The notes under the pieces were generated by a model that saw only the letters and a list, made by a program, of their open reading frames with translations, had not been told where the DNA came from and made no database searches. The translations under genes were made by a program, and so were the position numbers. From an uncultured Chloroflexia bacterium (GTDB taxonomy: Bacteria > Chloroflexota > Dormibacteria > Aeolococcales > Aeolococcaceae): a stretch of DNA of 64,000 nucleotides. Below, piece by piece: positions 50,786 through 60,435 of the stretch. The stretch covers positions 848,025-912,024 of the forward strand of contig CAWJVN010000007.1 in assembly GCA_963846365.1 (NCBI GenBank), read 5' to 3'. The stretch's first letter is position 1; each line of letters starts with the position of its first letter.

Positions 50786-51366
50786 GCGGCGGCGCCGAGC
50801 GAACCGGCGCGATCTGGCATCCGAGCCCGAACTTCTGGCCGGGGCGCGCCGGCTGGGGCGTCGACGGCATCGTCCTCCACGGCACCGCGGGTGGCGACGG
50901 GCCGGGGGTCGCGGCGCTGCTCAGCGACCCGGCGAGGGAGGCGAGCACCCACTTCGTGATCGGCCAGGACGGCACCGTGTTCCAGCTGGTGCGCCTCGCC
51001 GACTCGGCATGGGGCAACGGGATTCCCGACCACCCCGGCTGGCCGCTGATCGCCGCGCGCGGAGAGGTCAACCCCAACCACTACACCGTCAGCATCGAGC
51101 ACGCCAAGCACTCCGCCGACAACTCCGACCCGCTCACCCCGGCGCAGCTGCGGGCGAGCCTGGCGCTGGTGCGCTGGCTGCTCGCCGAGCTGCCCCGCCG
51201 GGGCCTCGCCGGCGACCACCTGGTCGCGCACCGCGACGCCGGGGAGCCGGCGGAGATCGTCGTCGGCCACTTCCAGATCGACTCGGTGAACCGCGCCCAC
51301 TGCCCGGGGACCTGGGACTGGGACGCGTACCGCCGGCGGCTCGGCCACGCCCCGGGCCCGCGATGA
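50782..51366 (+). CDS. N-acetylmuramoyl-L-alanine amidase (Amidase_2 / PGRP domain); no canonical start codon
   Basis: HGTAGGDG...HYTVSIEH...HCPGTWDWDAY amidase_2 pattern; frame open back to 50554 with no ATG/GTG/TTG after 50554. Confidence 0.65.
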   Translation, partial: VGGGAERTGAIWHPSPNFWPGRAGWGVDGIVLHGTAGGDGPGVAALLSDPAREASTHFVIGQDGTVFQLVRLADSAWGNGIPDHPGWPLIAARGEVNPNHYTVSIEHAKHSADNSDPLTPAQLRASLALVRWLLAELPRRGLAGDHLVAHRDAGEPAEIVVGHFQIDSVNRAHCPGTWDWDAYRRRLGHAPGPR

Positions 51367-51394
51367 CGAAGGCCCGGTGGTGATCAGGCCAAAC

Positions 51395-51484
51395 TGGCGG
51401 AGGGAGAGGGATTCGAACCCCCGAGGGCTTGACGGCCCTTGCGGTTTTCAAGACCGCTCCGATCAACCACTCCGGCATCCCTCC
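51395..51484 (-). tRNA. tRNA-Ser (anticodon TGA), long variable arm, CCA encoded
   Basis: Reverse complement GGAGGGATGCCGGAGTGG...CTTGAAA...GGTTCGAATCCCTCTCCCTCCGCCA folds with a perfect acceptor stem. Confidence 0.9.
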
Positions 51485-51588
51485 AGCGGGCACATCCTAT
51501 GGGAAGGTGCGACCCCGGGGCCGGGGCGGTGACGGGGCGGCGACGGATCGTCGGGCGAAGCCTGCGTCGGTATACTCGACGCCGCCGC

Positions 51589-51681
51589 GGGGAGGTGGCT
51601 GAGTGGCCGAAAGCGCCCGCCTGCTAAGCGGGTGAGGGGTGTTAAGCTCCTCCGAGGGTTCGAATCCCTCCCTTCCCGCCA
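51589..51681 (+). tRNA. tRNA-Ser (anticodon GCT), long variable arm, CCA encoded
   Basis: GGGGAGGTGGCTGAGTGGCCGAAAGCGCCCGCCTGCTAAGCGGG...GGTTCGAATCCCTCCCTTCCCGCCA; TATACT -10 box about 8 nt upstream. Confidence 0.85.
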
Positions 51682-51852
51682 GCCCTGCCCGGCGCGGCGA
51701 GCCTCGGAGAGGGGCCGTCCCCGAGGCCTGCGGCCGATCCGCCCTCGACCTCGACATCGGGACGTGGGAAGCTGTATCCGACCAGTCAGCCGGGTGCGGG
51801 CTCGGGCGGCGTCGTTGCCAGCGGAAGGGAAGGGCGTACGGAGACCACAGGG

Positions 51853-52569
51853 ATGCGCGTCTTGGTCGTCGAGGACGACCGGCGTCTCGCTCGGGCCCTG
51901 CTGCGCGGGCTGCGGGAGGCCGGGCTGCGCGCCGACGCCGTGAGCACCGGTGACGAGGCCCTCGCCGCGGTCGGCTCGGCGGCCTCCTATGACGTGATCG
52001 TCCTCGACGTGATGCTGCCCGGCGGCACCGACGGCTTCTCGGTGTGCGCGGAGCTGCGCCGGGGCGGCGTGGCCACGCCGGTGCTGATGCTCACCGGGCG
52101 CGACGCCGTCGACGACCGGGTGCGCGGTCTCGAGGCGGGCGCCGACGACTACCTGGTCAAGCCCTTCGCCTTCCGCGAGCTGGTCGCCCGGATCCGGGCG
52201 GTCACCCGCCGCCACCAGCCACCGCCGCCGGCGGTGGTCGAGGTCGGCGGGCTCCGGCTCGACGCCGACGCCTGGACGGTGACCGTCGGCGGCCAGCCGC
52301 TGGCGATGACCCCGAAGGAGTTCGCGATCCTCGAGCTGCTGATGCAGAACGCCGGCCGCCTGCTGAGCCGGAGCCAGATCGAGGAGCACGTCTGGGACAC
52401 CGACCTCCACACCGAGTCGAACCTGCTCGAGGTCTACATCGCCCGGCTGCGGCGCAAGCTGGCCGCGGGTGGCGCCACCGATCTCATCACCACCATTCGA
52501 GGGGCGGGCTACCGCCTCGAGGCCACCGGCTCATGCGTGCCTTCCTCCGGCGCACCCGCGTCCGCCTGA
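51853..52569 (+). CDS. OmpR-family response regulator
   Basis: MRVLVVEDDRRLARAL...LDVMLPGGTDG. Confidence 0.9.
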   Translation: MRVLVVEDDRRLARALLRGLREAGLRADAVSTGDEALAAVGSAASYDVIVLDVMLPGGTDGFSVCAELRRGGVATPVLMLTGRDAVDDRVRGLEAGADDYLVKPFAFRELVARIRAVTRRHQPPPPAVVEVGGLRLDADAWTVTVGGQPLAMTPKEFAILELLMQNAGRLLSRSQIEEHVWDTDLHTESNLLEVYIARLRRKLAAGGATDLITTIRGAGYRLEATGSCVPSSGAPASA

Positions 52570-53954
52570 CCGCGACCTACTCGGCGCTCTTCATCGTCCT
52601 CGCCACGGTGGTGTCGAGCGCGTTCTACGTCGCCTACGTGCGCTCCCAGTACGCGTCCACCGACAGCGAGCTCAGCGAGCGGGTGCAGGCGCTGATCAAC
52701 GGTCTCGAGAGCGACGTGACCCCGATCCGCATCGACAAGAAGGACGCCGTGCCCGACATCGAGCAGGGCGAGGTGAGCGCGATGCTGCTGGGGCCCACCG
52801 GCGCCCTCCTCGACAGCATCGGCCGGCCGGTCACCCCGCGCCTCGCCGCGGCCGTCTACCGCCGTCATCCCACCCTGGCCAACCCGATCCTCGAGACCAT
52901 GCCCGACACCGGGGGCGAGGTGCGGGTGCTCGCCAAGGTGATCGACCTCGGCAACGGCGGGCGCGCCCTGATGGTGGGCAGCCATCCGATGAGCGAGGTC
53001 CAGGTCGCGCTCAACGAGGCCAAGATCCTGCTCGTGGTGGTGGTGGTGTCGATGGTCGTGATCGCCTCGGTGCTCGGCTACTGGACCGCCGGGAGGGCCC
53101 TCAAGCCGGTGCGGGTGATCGCCGCCGCGGCCCGGGACATCAGCGAGCACGACCTCCACCGGCGCATCGCCCTCGACCTCCCGCCGGATGAGCTCGGCGA
53201 GCTCGCCGGCACCTTCAACGCGATGCTGGCGCGTCTCGAGTCGGGCTTCGCAACCCTCCAGCGCTTCACCGCCGACGCCGCCCACGAGCTGCGCGCGCCG
53301 CTGGCGATGATCCGGGCCGAGCTGGAGGTGTCGCTCTCCCGGCCGCGGTCGGCGGGCGAGTATCAGGCCACCGAGCGGCTGGTGCTCAGCGAGGTGGAGC
53401 GGATGAGCCGGCTCGCCGACCAGCTGCTGCTGCTGGCGCGGGCCGACGCCGGCTCGCTGGCGGCGCGCTTCGAGAATGTCGACGTCACCGATCTGCTCGA
53501 GGAGACCGTCGACCGCTGGCGTGTCCTCGCCGGGTCGCGGGGGGTGAGGCTGGCGCTCGAGCCGCCGCCCCCGGGCTCGCTCTGGGCCGACCGCGAGCTG
53601 CTCCGCCGGCTCATCGACAACCTCCTCGACAACGCGGTGCGTCACAGCCCTGCCGGGGAGGAGGTGGTCCTCACCGCCGCCTGCGACGAGGGCCGCTGGC
53701 GCCTCGAGGTGGCCGACGCCGGTCCGGGGGTGGACGCGTCGATCCGCGACCGCCTGTTCCAGCGCTTCGCCCGCGCCGATCCCGCCCGCGGTCGCGACAC
53801 CGGGGGCGCCGGGCTCGGGCTCGCGCTCTGTGCGGTGATCGCCGACCTCCACGGCGGCAGCCTCGCCCTCGCCCCGCCCAACGGGCCACCGCCCGGTGCC
53901 CACTTCGTGGTCGAGCTCGCCGCCGACCCGCGCGCGCCCGCTGCCCCCGCCTAG
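52533..53954 (+). CDS. sensor histidine kinase with periplasmic sensor domain
   Basis: 37-nt overlap with the response regulator; TM, about 150-aa loop, TM, HAMP, AAHELRAPL H-box, HATPase. Confidence 0.85.
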   Translation: MRAFLRRTRVRLTATYSALFIVLATVVSSAFYVAYVRSQYASTDSELSERVQALINGLESDVTPIRIDKKDAVPDIEQGEVSAMLLGPTGALLDSIGRPVTPRLAAAVYRRHPTLANPILETMPDTGGEVRVLAKVIDLGNGGRALMVGSHPMSEVQVALNEAKILLVVVVVSMVVIASVLGYWTAGRALKPVRVIAAAARDISEHDLHRRIALDLPPDELGELAGTFNAMLARLESGFATLQRFTADAAHELRAPLAMIRAELEVSLSRPRSAGEYQATERLVLSEVERMSRLADQLLLLARADAGSLAARFENVDVTDLLEETVDRWRVLAGSRGVRLALEPPPPGSLWADRELLRRLIDNLLDNAVRHSPAGEEVVLTAACDEGRWRLEVADAGPGVDASIRDRLFQRFARADPARGRDTGGAGLGLALCAVIADLHGGSLALAPPNGPPPGAHFVVELAADPRAPAAPA

Positions 53955-54655
53955 CCGTCGTTCGAGGCGGTGAAGATCTCGACCCGCGCGGTGGGCTCGG
54001 GTGCGGCCGCGAGCACCACCTGAAGCGAGGTCAGCGGCCGTGGATGGAGGCGGGTCCAGGCGCTGTCGACGCGGCCGCCGCGCACCACCGCCACCCCGGT
54101 GTCGAGCCGCCCGGACACCATCACCACCGCGTCGGTCCGCTGATCGACGAGCGAGCCGATCAGCTCCCCGACGCGGAGGAAGCGGGTGAAGCCGACGTGC
54201 CGAGCCGGCCCGGTGAACAGCCGGGGGAGCATGCCGGCGGTGACCGAGCGCACCCGCACCACGTCGAGGAGCACGTCGTCCTCCAGCGCCCGGCGGCGCA
54301 CCAGCTCGCCGGCCCGCGGCCCGGTGACCACGGTCTCGCCACGGAAGCAGCTGAGGCCGCGCTCACCCCGGGCGAAGAGCAGGATGCCCTCGAAGTCGCG
54401 CGCCTGGGCCCGCAGGTAGCCGGTCAGACGGTCGACCCGGAGGCTGGCGATGAGGGCGTCGAAGTCGATGAACGCGCTCTTCAGGCGGCGGTGCACCACC
54501 ACCTCCTCGGGAAGCGGAGGCAGCTCCGGCACCACCGGACGGGCCGGCACCGGGCGCCCCACCAGCTCGGCGGGAGGCCGGGTGGGAGGAGGAGCCGGCG
54601 CGGCCTGCCGGGACGAGGCGGCGAGGTAGGCGCGCAGGGCGGCACCGGTGCTCAT
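53951..54655 (-). CDS. DUF4388-domain protein with Pro-rich N-terminus
   Basis: FIDFDALIASLRVDRLTGYLRAQARDFEGILLFARGE matches the DUF4388 core; ATG at 54655. Confidence 0.55.
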   Translation of the reverse strand: MSTGAALRAYLAASSRQAAPAPPPTRPPAELVGRPVPARPVVPELPPLPEEVVVHRRLKSAFIDFDALIASLRVDRLTGYLRAQARDFEGILLFARGERGLSCFRGETVVTGPRAGELVRRRALEDDVLLDVVRVRSVTAGMLPRLFTGPARHVGFTRFLRVGELIGSLVDQRTDAVVMVSGRLDTGVAVVRGGRVDSAWTRLHPRPLTSLQVVLAAAPEPTARVEIFTASNDG

Positions 54656-54910
54656 GCGACCGGACTCGGGCGCCGGTGACTGCCGCCTGTCCACGCTCTC
54701 GAGTACCCCCCAGCCTGCGTCCCCGCGTGGGTTGACAGTATATGTCGCACCCCAGGGACGAGCAAACGTCGCATTCGACGCACCCCAACGAGGACGGGCT
54801 CGCGTTGTGGCCGTTTCTGACCAGATCACCCGCAGCTGCCGGGCGAAAGCGGCAACAGCCCTTGCCCCACAAGGAGAACTCGCAGCTTCCACACGACGCC
54901 GGCGTCGGAT

Positions 54911-55630
54911 ATGCTCGCCCTGATGCACCCTCGGACGCCGCCTCGTCGTGCCGCTTCTGGCGCTGCTGGCGCGTTCGTCGTGGCGGCGCTGCTGGGTGCG
55001 TGGCTCGGCCACACCCTGGAGTACCTGCGGGTGGTCGACGGCGCCGCCCCGGTGCGCTCGGCGCTCGCCGGCGCCCACGCCTACATGGTGCCGGTGGGGG
55101 TGCTGCTCGGCCTCGCCGCCGCCGCCGCCGGGGCCGGCTGCCGGCGGGCGTGGCTCTCCCTCGGCCGCCGCCTCGACCGCGCCCGCGCCGGGCTGGCGCG
55201 CACCTGGCGGGGCGGGCGCCCCGTCCCCGCCTCGGGCTCCGCGCCCGTGGTGTCGCCACCGGCCCGGCTGGCGGCCCTCTGGCTGCCCCTCGGCGCCGCC
55301 CAGCTGGGCGTCTACCTCGCCCAGGAGAACATCGAATCCATCCTCGCCGGCGGTCGCGCCGCCGGTCTCGGCCCGATCCTCGGCGTCCACTGGGCGGCCG
55401 CGGCGCTCCAGCTCGGGGTCGCCCTGGTGCTGGCCGCGGCGCTGCTGGTCGCCCGCCGGGCCCTGGCCGGCCGGGCCGGCGCGCTCGAGCGCTGCGAGCG
55501 GCTGCTCCGCACCCTCTGGGCTCGGCGTCGGGACGGCGGCGTCCCCGGCGCCGCCCGTCCCGGGCTCGACCCGCCGGTCGAGCGCTTCGGCCGCCAGCTC
55601 TGGAGCCGGCCTCCGCCCGCCCTCCCCTGA
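54911..55630 (+). CDS. hypothetical membrane protein (3-4 TM helices)
   Basis: High GC3 bias, hydrophobic segments; no clear SD, start uncertain. Confidence 0.35.
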   Translation: MLALMHPRTPPRRAASGAAGAFVVAALLGAWLGHTLEYLRVVDGAAPVRSALAGAHAYMVPVGVLLGLAAAAAGAGCRRAWLSLGRRLDRARAGLARTWRGGRPVPASGSAPVVSPPARLAALWLPLGAAQLGVYLAQENIESILAGGRAAGLGPILGVHWAAAALQLGVALVLAAALLVARRALAGRAGALERCERLLRTLWARRRDGGVPGAARPGLDPPVERFGRQLWSRPPPALP

Positions 55631-55709
55631 CCCCCGGGACCCTGCCGGCGGGAGCCGGCGTCTCGGCGCGTCCCCGCGGCGCGCCCACCCCGAGTCCGAG
55701 GAGTCCTCA

Positions 55710-56309
55710 GTGCCCTCCCCCCAACCCAGGTGGCGGCATCCACGCCTGGCCACCCACCGTGTCAGCCCGAACGCCATCACCCCCGGAGCGTCGCCGCTCC
55801 GTGACGACCGGCGCCTTCGCGCCGTCCGCGTCCGGCTCGACGACCTGCAGGCTCGCGGCCGCCTCGAGCGCATCGCCGTCGAGCCCCAGATCGTCGCCGA
55901 CGGCCTCCACCTCGCCGCGCTGAACTTCCGCCGGGCGGTGCGCCACCTCGACGACCCCGACGTCGCCATCGTCTTCCTCTACCAGTCGGTGGTGAACACC
56001 GCGGACACCGTGCTCCACTGCCTCGGCTACCACGCCCGGGACTACGAGGGGCACAAGCTGGCGATCGCCCTGACCGCCGAGCTGATCGATGCGCTGACCG
56101 GGCGCTCGCGATCGCGGCTGATGGCGGCCACCAGTGAGCGGCTGCGGAAGCGCCGCCACGAGGCGCTGTACACCCGCCCGGGGGTGATGACCGCGGCCGA
56201 CGTCCGCGCCGCCCTCGAGGACTGCCGCGCCTTCCTCCCCCGGCTGTGGGCGATGGCCGGCGGCCTGGTGGGGATGCCCGCCGCCGGCGAGGGGGCCGCG
56301 GTGGCCTGA
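55710..56309 (+). CDS. HEPN-like domain protein (SAV_6107-family-like)
   Basis: GAGGAG SD 6 nt upstream of GTG 55710; R-x4-H motif (HARDYEGH) in a helical domain. Confidence 0.45.
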   Translation: MPSPQPRWRHPRLATHRVSPNAITPGASPLRDDRRLRAVRVRLDDLQARGRLERIAVEPQIVADGLHLAALNFRRAVRHLDDPDVAIVFLYQSVVNTADTVLHCLGYHARDYEGHKLAIALTAELIDALTGRSRSRLMAATSERLRKRRHEALYTRPGVMTAADVRAALEDCRAFLPRLWAMAGGLVGMPAAGEGAAVA

Positions 56310-56314
56310 GCCGG

Positions 56315-57094
56315 TCAGCGCCCGAAGCGCCGCCTCCGCGCCTGGTAGCTGCGCAGCGCGCGCAGGAAGTCGATCTCGCGGAAGTCCGGCCAGAGGACGT
56401 CGGTGAAGTAGTACTCCGAGTACACGCTCTGCCAGAGCAGGAACCCGCTGAGCCGCAGCTCCCCGCTGGTGCGGAGGATGAGGTCGGGGTCGGGGAGGTC
56501 ACCACCGTAGAGGAACGGCGTGAGCGCGTCGGGCTGCAGCGACGCCAGCGCCTCCTCGACGGGGAGGCCGCTCACCGTCTCGGCGGCGGCCCAGCGGCGG
56601 AGCGCGTCGACGATCTCCTCGCGTCCGCCGTAGCCGAGGGCGAACTGCACGGTGAGCCGGCTGTTGGCCGCCGTCTCCGCCTCGATCCGGGTCAGGGTGC
56701 GCTGCAGCTCGAGCGGGAGCAGGTCGCGCCGGCCGATGCCGCGCAGCCGCCAGCCGCGGCGCATCGCCCCGGGGACCACGGCGTCGAGCTCGTCGGCGAT
56801 CACCCCGCTCATCGCCTCGATCTGGGTCTCGGGCCGTCCCAGGTTGTCGATCGACATCGCCCAGAGGGTCACCGCCTGGACGCCGGCGCGCTCCGACCAG
56901 ACCAGGACGTCGTGCACCCGCCGGGCGCCGGCCGCGTAGCCGTCGCGCATCGAGGCGAGGCGGTGCTCCTCGACGAAGCGGCGGTTGCCGTCGAGGATGA
57001 CGGCGAGGTGCTGGGGCATCGGCCCGCTGCGCACCCGCGCCCAGAGCCGGATGCGGTAGAGGTCGTAGGCGAGTCCGGGGAGCCGGCGGGGCAT
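56315..57094 (-). CDS. uppS: (Z)-isoprenyl diphosphate synthase (undecaprenyl/decaprenyl diphosphate synthase)
   Basis: HLAVILDGNRRF...RTSGELRLSGFLLWQSVYSE signature. Confidence 0.8.
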   Translation of the reverse strand: MPRRLPGLAYDLYRIRLWARVRSGPMPQHLAVILDGNRRFVEEHRLASMRDGYAAGARRVHDVLVWSERAGVQAVTLWAMSIDNLGRPETQIEAMSGVIADELDAVVPGAMRRGWRLRGIGRRDLLPLELQRTLTRIEAETAANSRLTVQFALGYGGREEIVDALRRWAAAETVSGLPVEEALASLQPDALTPFLYGGDLPDPDLILRTSGELRLSGFLLWQSVYSEYYFTDVLWPDFREIDFLRALRSYQARRRRFGR

Positions 57095-57161
57095 CCGGGC
57101 ATTGTGGGCGCCGGGCTCGAGGCGGGGCGGTCGCCGCCACCGATCTGGAACCATCCGCGCC

Positions 57162-59783
57162 ATGCCCGACCCCGATCCGGAGCGGCGCCGCCTGCTCGAG
57201 GCCGACCGCGTCCCCTGGCGGCGCTGGGGACCCTACCTGGCCGAGCGCGCCTGGGGCACCGTCCGCGAGGACTACAGCGCCGGCGGCGACGCCTGGAGCT
57301 CGCTGCCCCACGACCACGCCCGCTCCCGGGCCTACCGCTGGAGCGAGGACGGGCTGGCGGGCATCTGCGACGACGGCCAGGTGCTCTGCATGGCGCTGGC
57401 GCTGTGGAACGGGCGCGACCCCATCCTCAAGGAGCGGATCTTCGGGCTGAGCGGCCCCGAGGGGAACCACGGCGAGGACGCCAAGGAGTACTGGTGGTTC
57501 TCCGACGCCACCCCCACCGCGTCGTACCTGCGCTGGCGCCACGTCTATCCCCAGGCCGCCTTCCCCTACGGCCTCCTGGTCGAGGAGAGCCGGCGCCGGG
57601 GACGGCTCGACCCCGAGTTCGAACTGGTCGACACCGGCGTCCTCGACGGTGACCGCTACTGGGACGTGACCGTCGAGTACGCGAAGGCGGGGCCCGAGGA
57701 CATCTGCGCGCTGATCACCGTGGTCAACGCCGGCCCCGAGCCCGCCGACCTCGACGTCCTGCCGACGCTCTGGTTCCGCAACACCTGGGCGTGGGGTCAC
57801 GACCCGCGGGTGCCGCGGCTCGCGGCGGTGCAGGGGCGCATCCTGGCCGAGCACCACCACCTCGGCCTTTGGACGCTCGCCGGCGACCCCGGCGCCGAGC
57901 TGCTCTTCTGCGACAACGAGAGCAACGCCCGCCGGCTGTGGGACCAGGAGGGGGCGTCGCCGTTCCCCAAGGACGGCATCAACGACCACGTGGTCTCCGG
58001 TGCGGCGACGGTCAACCCGGCGCAGACCGGCACCCGGGCGGCGCTCCGATACCGGCTGTCGGTGGGGCCCGGCGAGACCCGGCGGCTGCGACTGCGCCTC
58101 ACCGCCGGCGACGCCGCTCCCGACCTCGGCGACGGCCATGCCGTGACCGTTGCGGCGCGCCGCCACGAGGCCGACCTCTTCCACGCCGCGCTGGTGCCCG
58201 CGGGCGCGTCCGGCGACGAGGCGATGGTGCTCCGCCAGGCGCTCGCCGGGATGATCTGGTCGTACCAGTTCTACAACTACAGCGTGGAGCGCTGGCTCGA
58301 CGGTGACCCCGCCTTCCCGCCGCCGCCGGCGGAGCGCGCCCGCCGCAACGGCGGCTGGCGCCACCTCGGCAGCCACGAGGTGATCTCCATGCCGGACACC
58401 TGGGAGTACCCCTGGTTCGCCGCCTGGGACCTCGCCTTCCACTGCGTCACGCTCGCCCACGTCGACGCGGCGCGCGCCAAGGAGCAGCTGATCCTGCTCT
58501 GCCGCGAGTGGTACATGCACGCCAACGGCCAGCTGCCCGCGTACGAGTGGAGCTTCGGCGACGTCAATCCGCCGGTCCACGCCTGGGCGGCGCTGCGGGT
58601 CTTCGCCATCGACGGCGGCACCGACCACGACTTCCTCGAGCGCGTCTTCCACAAGCTGCTGATCAACTTCACCTGGTGGGTGAACCGGAAGGACACCGAG
58701 GGAAGCAACGTGTTCGAGGGCGGTTTCCTCGGGCTCGACAACATCGGCCCCTTCGACCGCTCGATGCTGCCGCCCGGCGCCGGCCATCTCGAGCAGTCGG
58801 ACGCGACCGCCTGGATGGCGATGTACTGCCTCAACATGCTCGAGGTGGCGCTCACCCTGGCCCGCCACGACCGCACCTACGAGGACGTCGCCACCAAGTT
58901 CTTCGAGCACTTCACGCTCATCGCCCTGGCGATGGAGGACCAGGGGCTCTGGGACGAGGCCGACGGCTTCTACTACGACGTCCTCCACACCGCCGACGGC
59001 GGCCGGATGCCGCTGCGCGCCCACTCCTGTGTGGGGCTGATCCCGCTCCTCGCCGTCACCGTGCTCGACGCCGGCGTCGCCGCCGAGCTGCCCGACTTCG
59101 CCCGGCGGATGGGGTGGTTCCTGCGCAACCGGCCCCGCGCCGCGGCGGTCGTCTCCCACATCGCCGTGCCCGGGATGGGCGAGCGGCAGCTGCTCTCGAT
59201 CGTCAGCCCGGAGCGGCTGCGGCGGATCCTCGCCTGCGTGCTCGACGAGACCGAGTTCCTCTCCCCCCACGGGCTGCGCGCGCTCAGCCGGCGTCACCGC
59301 GACCGGCCGCTCGTCACCACCGTCGACGGGGTCGGCTTCACCCTCGACTACGAGCCCGGCGAGTCGACCTCGGGCCTCTTCGGCGGCAACTCCAACTGGC
59401 GTGGGCCGGTGTGGATGCCGATCAACCACCTGATCGTCGGCGCGCTGCAGCGCTTCCACGCCTGTCTCGGTGACGATTTCCGGGTCGAGCACCCGGTCGG
59501 CTCGGGTCGCGCCCTCAGCCTCGCCGGGGTCGCCGACGAGCTCTCCGGCCGGCTGATCGGCCTCTTCACCCGCGGCGACGACGGCCGCCGCCCCTGCTTC
59601 GGCGACACCGCGCGCTTCCAGGAGCACCCCGGCTGGCGCGACGCCCTCCTCTTCCACGAGTACTTCCACGGCGACACCGGCGCCGGACTGGGCGCGTCGC
59701 ACCAGACCGGATGGACGGGGCTGGTCGCCGACCTCATCCGCACCCGCGGGGCGCGCTGGTCGCCCCCCGGATCGGGCGGGTGA
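57162..59783 (+). CDS. GH63-family glucosidase (mannosylglycerate/glucosylglycerate hydrolase-like)
   Basis: Full-length MGH/GH63 similarity (YPWFAAWDLAFH, (alpha/alpha)6 barrel). Confidence 0.85.
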   Translation: MPDPDPERRRLLEADRVPWRRWGPYLAERAWGTVREDYSAGGDAWSSLPHDHARSRAYRWSEDGLAGICDDGQVLCMALALWNGRDPILKERIFGLSGPEGNHGEDAKEYWWFSDATPTASYLRWRHVYPQAAFPYGLLVEESRRRGRLDPEFELVDTGVLDGDRYWDVTVEYAKAGPEDICALITVVNAGPEPADLDVLPTLWFRNTWAWGHDPRVPRLAAVQGRILAEHHHLGLWTLAGDPGAELLFCDNESNARRLWDQEGASPFPKDGINDHVVSGAATVNPAQTGTRAALRYRLSVGPGETRRLRLRLTAGDAAPDLGDGHAVTVAARRHEADLFHAALVPAGASGDEAMVLRQALAGMIWSYQFYNYSVERWLDGDPAFPPPPAERARRNGGWRHLGSHEVISMPDTWEYPWFAAWDLAFHCVTLAHVDAARAKEQLILLCREWYMHANGQLPAYEWSFGDVNPPVHAWAALRVFAIDGGTDHDFLERVFHKLLINFTWWVNRKDTEGSNVFEGGFLGLDNIGPFDRSMLPPGAGHLEQSDATAWMAMYCLNMLEVALTLARHDRTYEDVATKFFEHFTLIALAMEDQGLWDEADGFYYDVLHTADGGRMPLRAHSCVGLIPLLAVTVLDAGVAAELPDFARRMGWFLRNRPRAAAVVSHIAVPGMGERQLLSIVSPERLRRILACVLDETEFLSPHGLRALSRRHRDRPLVTTVDGVGFTLDYEPGESTSGLFGGNSNWRGPVWMPINHLIVGALQRFHACLGDDFRVEHPVGSGRALSLAGVADELSGRLIGLFTRGDDGRRPCFGDTARFQEHPGWRDALLFHEYFHGDTGAGLGASHQTGWTGLVADLIRTRGARWSPPGSGG

Positions 59784-60403
59784 GCGGGATCGACGCCCTG
59801 GTCGACGGCCTCGCCGCCGCCCGGCTCGGCGCCACCTTCAACCAGTACGCCGAGACCGGGGGCGACGACCTCGGCCCGGAGGCGCCGCTGATCCGCCGCG
59901 AGAACCTGCGCCGCCAGCTCCGCGACCACCGCGACGCCCCGGTGGTGGCGGTCGCCGAGGCCGCGGGCTGGCGGGGGGCGCGCTACTCCGGGCTGGTGCT
60001 GCTCTGCGAGCGGCAGCTGGTCGAGGGCGGCCCCTACCGCCGCAGCTCACGCCATCCGCGGGGCTGGAGCGAGCCGTCGGCGACGATCGTCCAGTCGGCG
60101 CTGGCGTCGGGAGGCTGGACCGGGTCGGTGCTGCTCTGGAACCTGGTGCCGACCCATCCGGCGGGGGCGGTGCCGCACAGCAACCGCCGTCCCAGCCGTG
60201 CCGAGCTGGAGGCGGGCGAAGCGTTCCTGCGCCGCCTGCTCGACTGCGTGCGTCCCGCCCACGTCGTCGCCATCGGGCGGCTCGCCGCCGCCGCGCTCGG
60301 CGAGGACGTGCCCCGCGTGCGCCATCCCGCCAACGGCGGTGCCACCGCCTGCCGCGCGGGTCTCGCCACGCTGCTCGGAGACTGGCTCGGCCGCCGGCCC
60401 TGA
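59780..60403 (+). CDS. uracil-DNA glycosylase superfamily-like protein
   Basis: GTGA overlap with the GH63 stop; VAEAAGWRGARYSGLVLL resembles the UDG family 4 GE(A)PG..E..G motif region. Confidence 0.5.
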   Translation: MSGIDALVDGLAAARLGATFNQYAETGGDDLGPEAPLIRRENLRRQLRDHRDAPVVAVAEAAGWRGARYSGLVLLCERQLVEGGPYRRSSRHPRGWSEPSATIVQSALASGGWTGSVLLWNLVPTHPAGAVPHSNRRPSRAELEAGEAFLRRLLDCVRPAHVVAIGRLAAAALGEDVPRVRHPANGGATACRAGLATLLGDWLGRRP

Positions 60404-60435
60404 GCCGGGCGGCGTCGCCGCGGAGCGGTGACGCC

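Noticed and set aside
54363-55688. 441-aa minus-strand ORF opposite the membrane-protein gene
   Set aside because: Extreme Arg/Gly/Pro content (about 45 %), no hydrophobic or domain signal; the plus-strand ORF has the better codon bias
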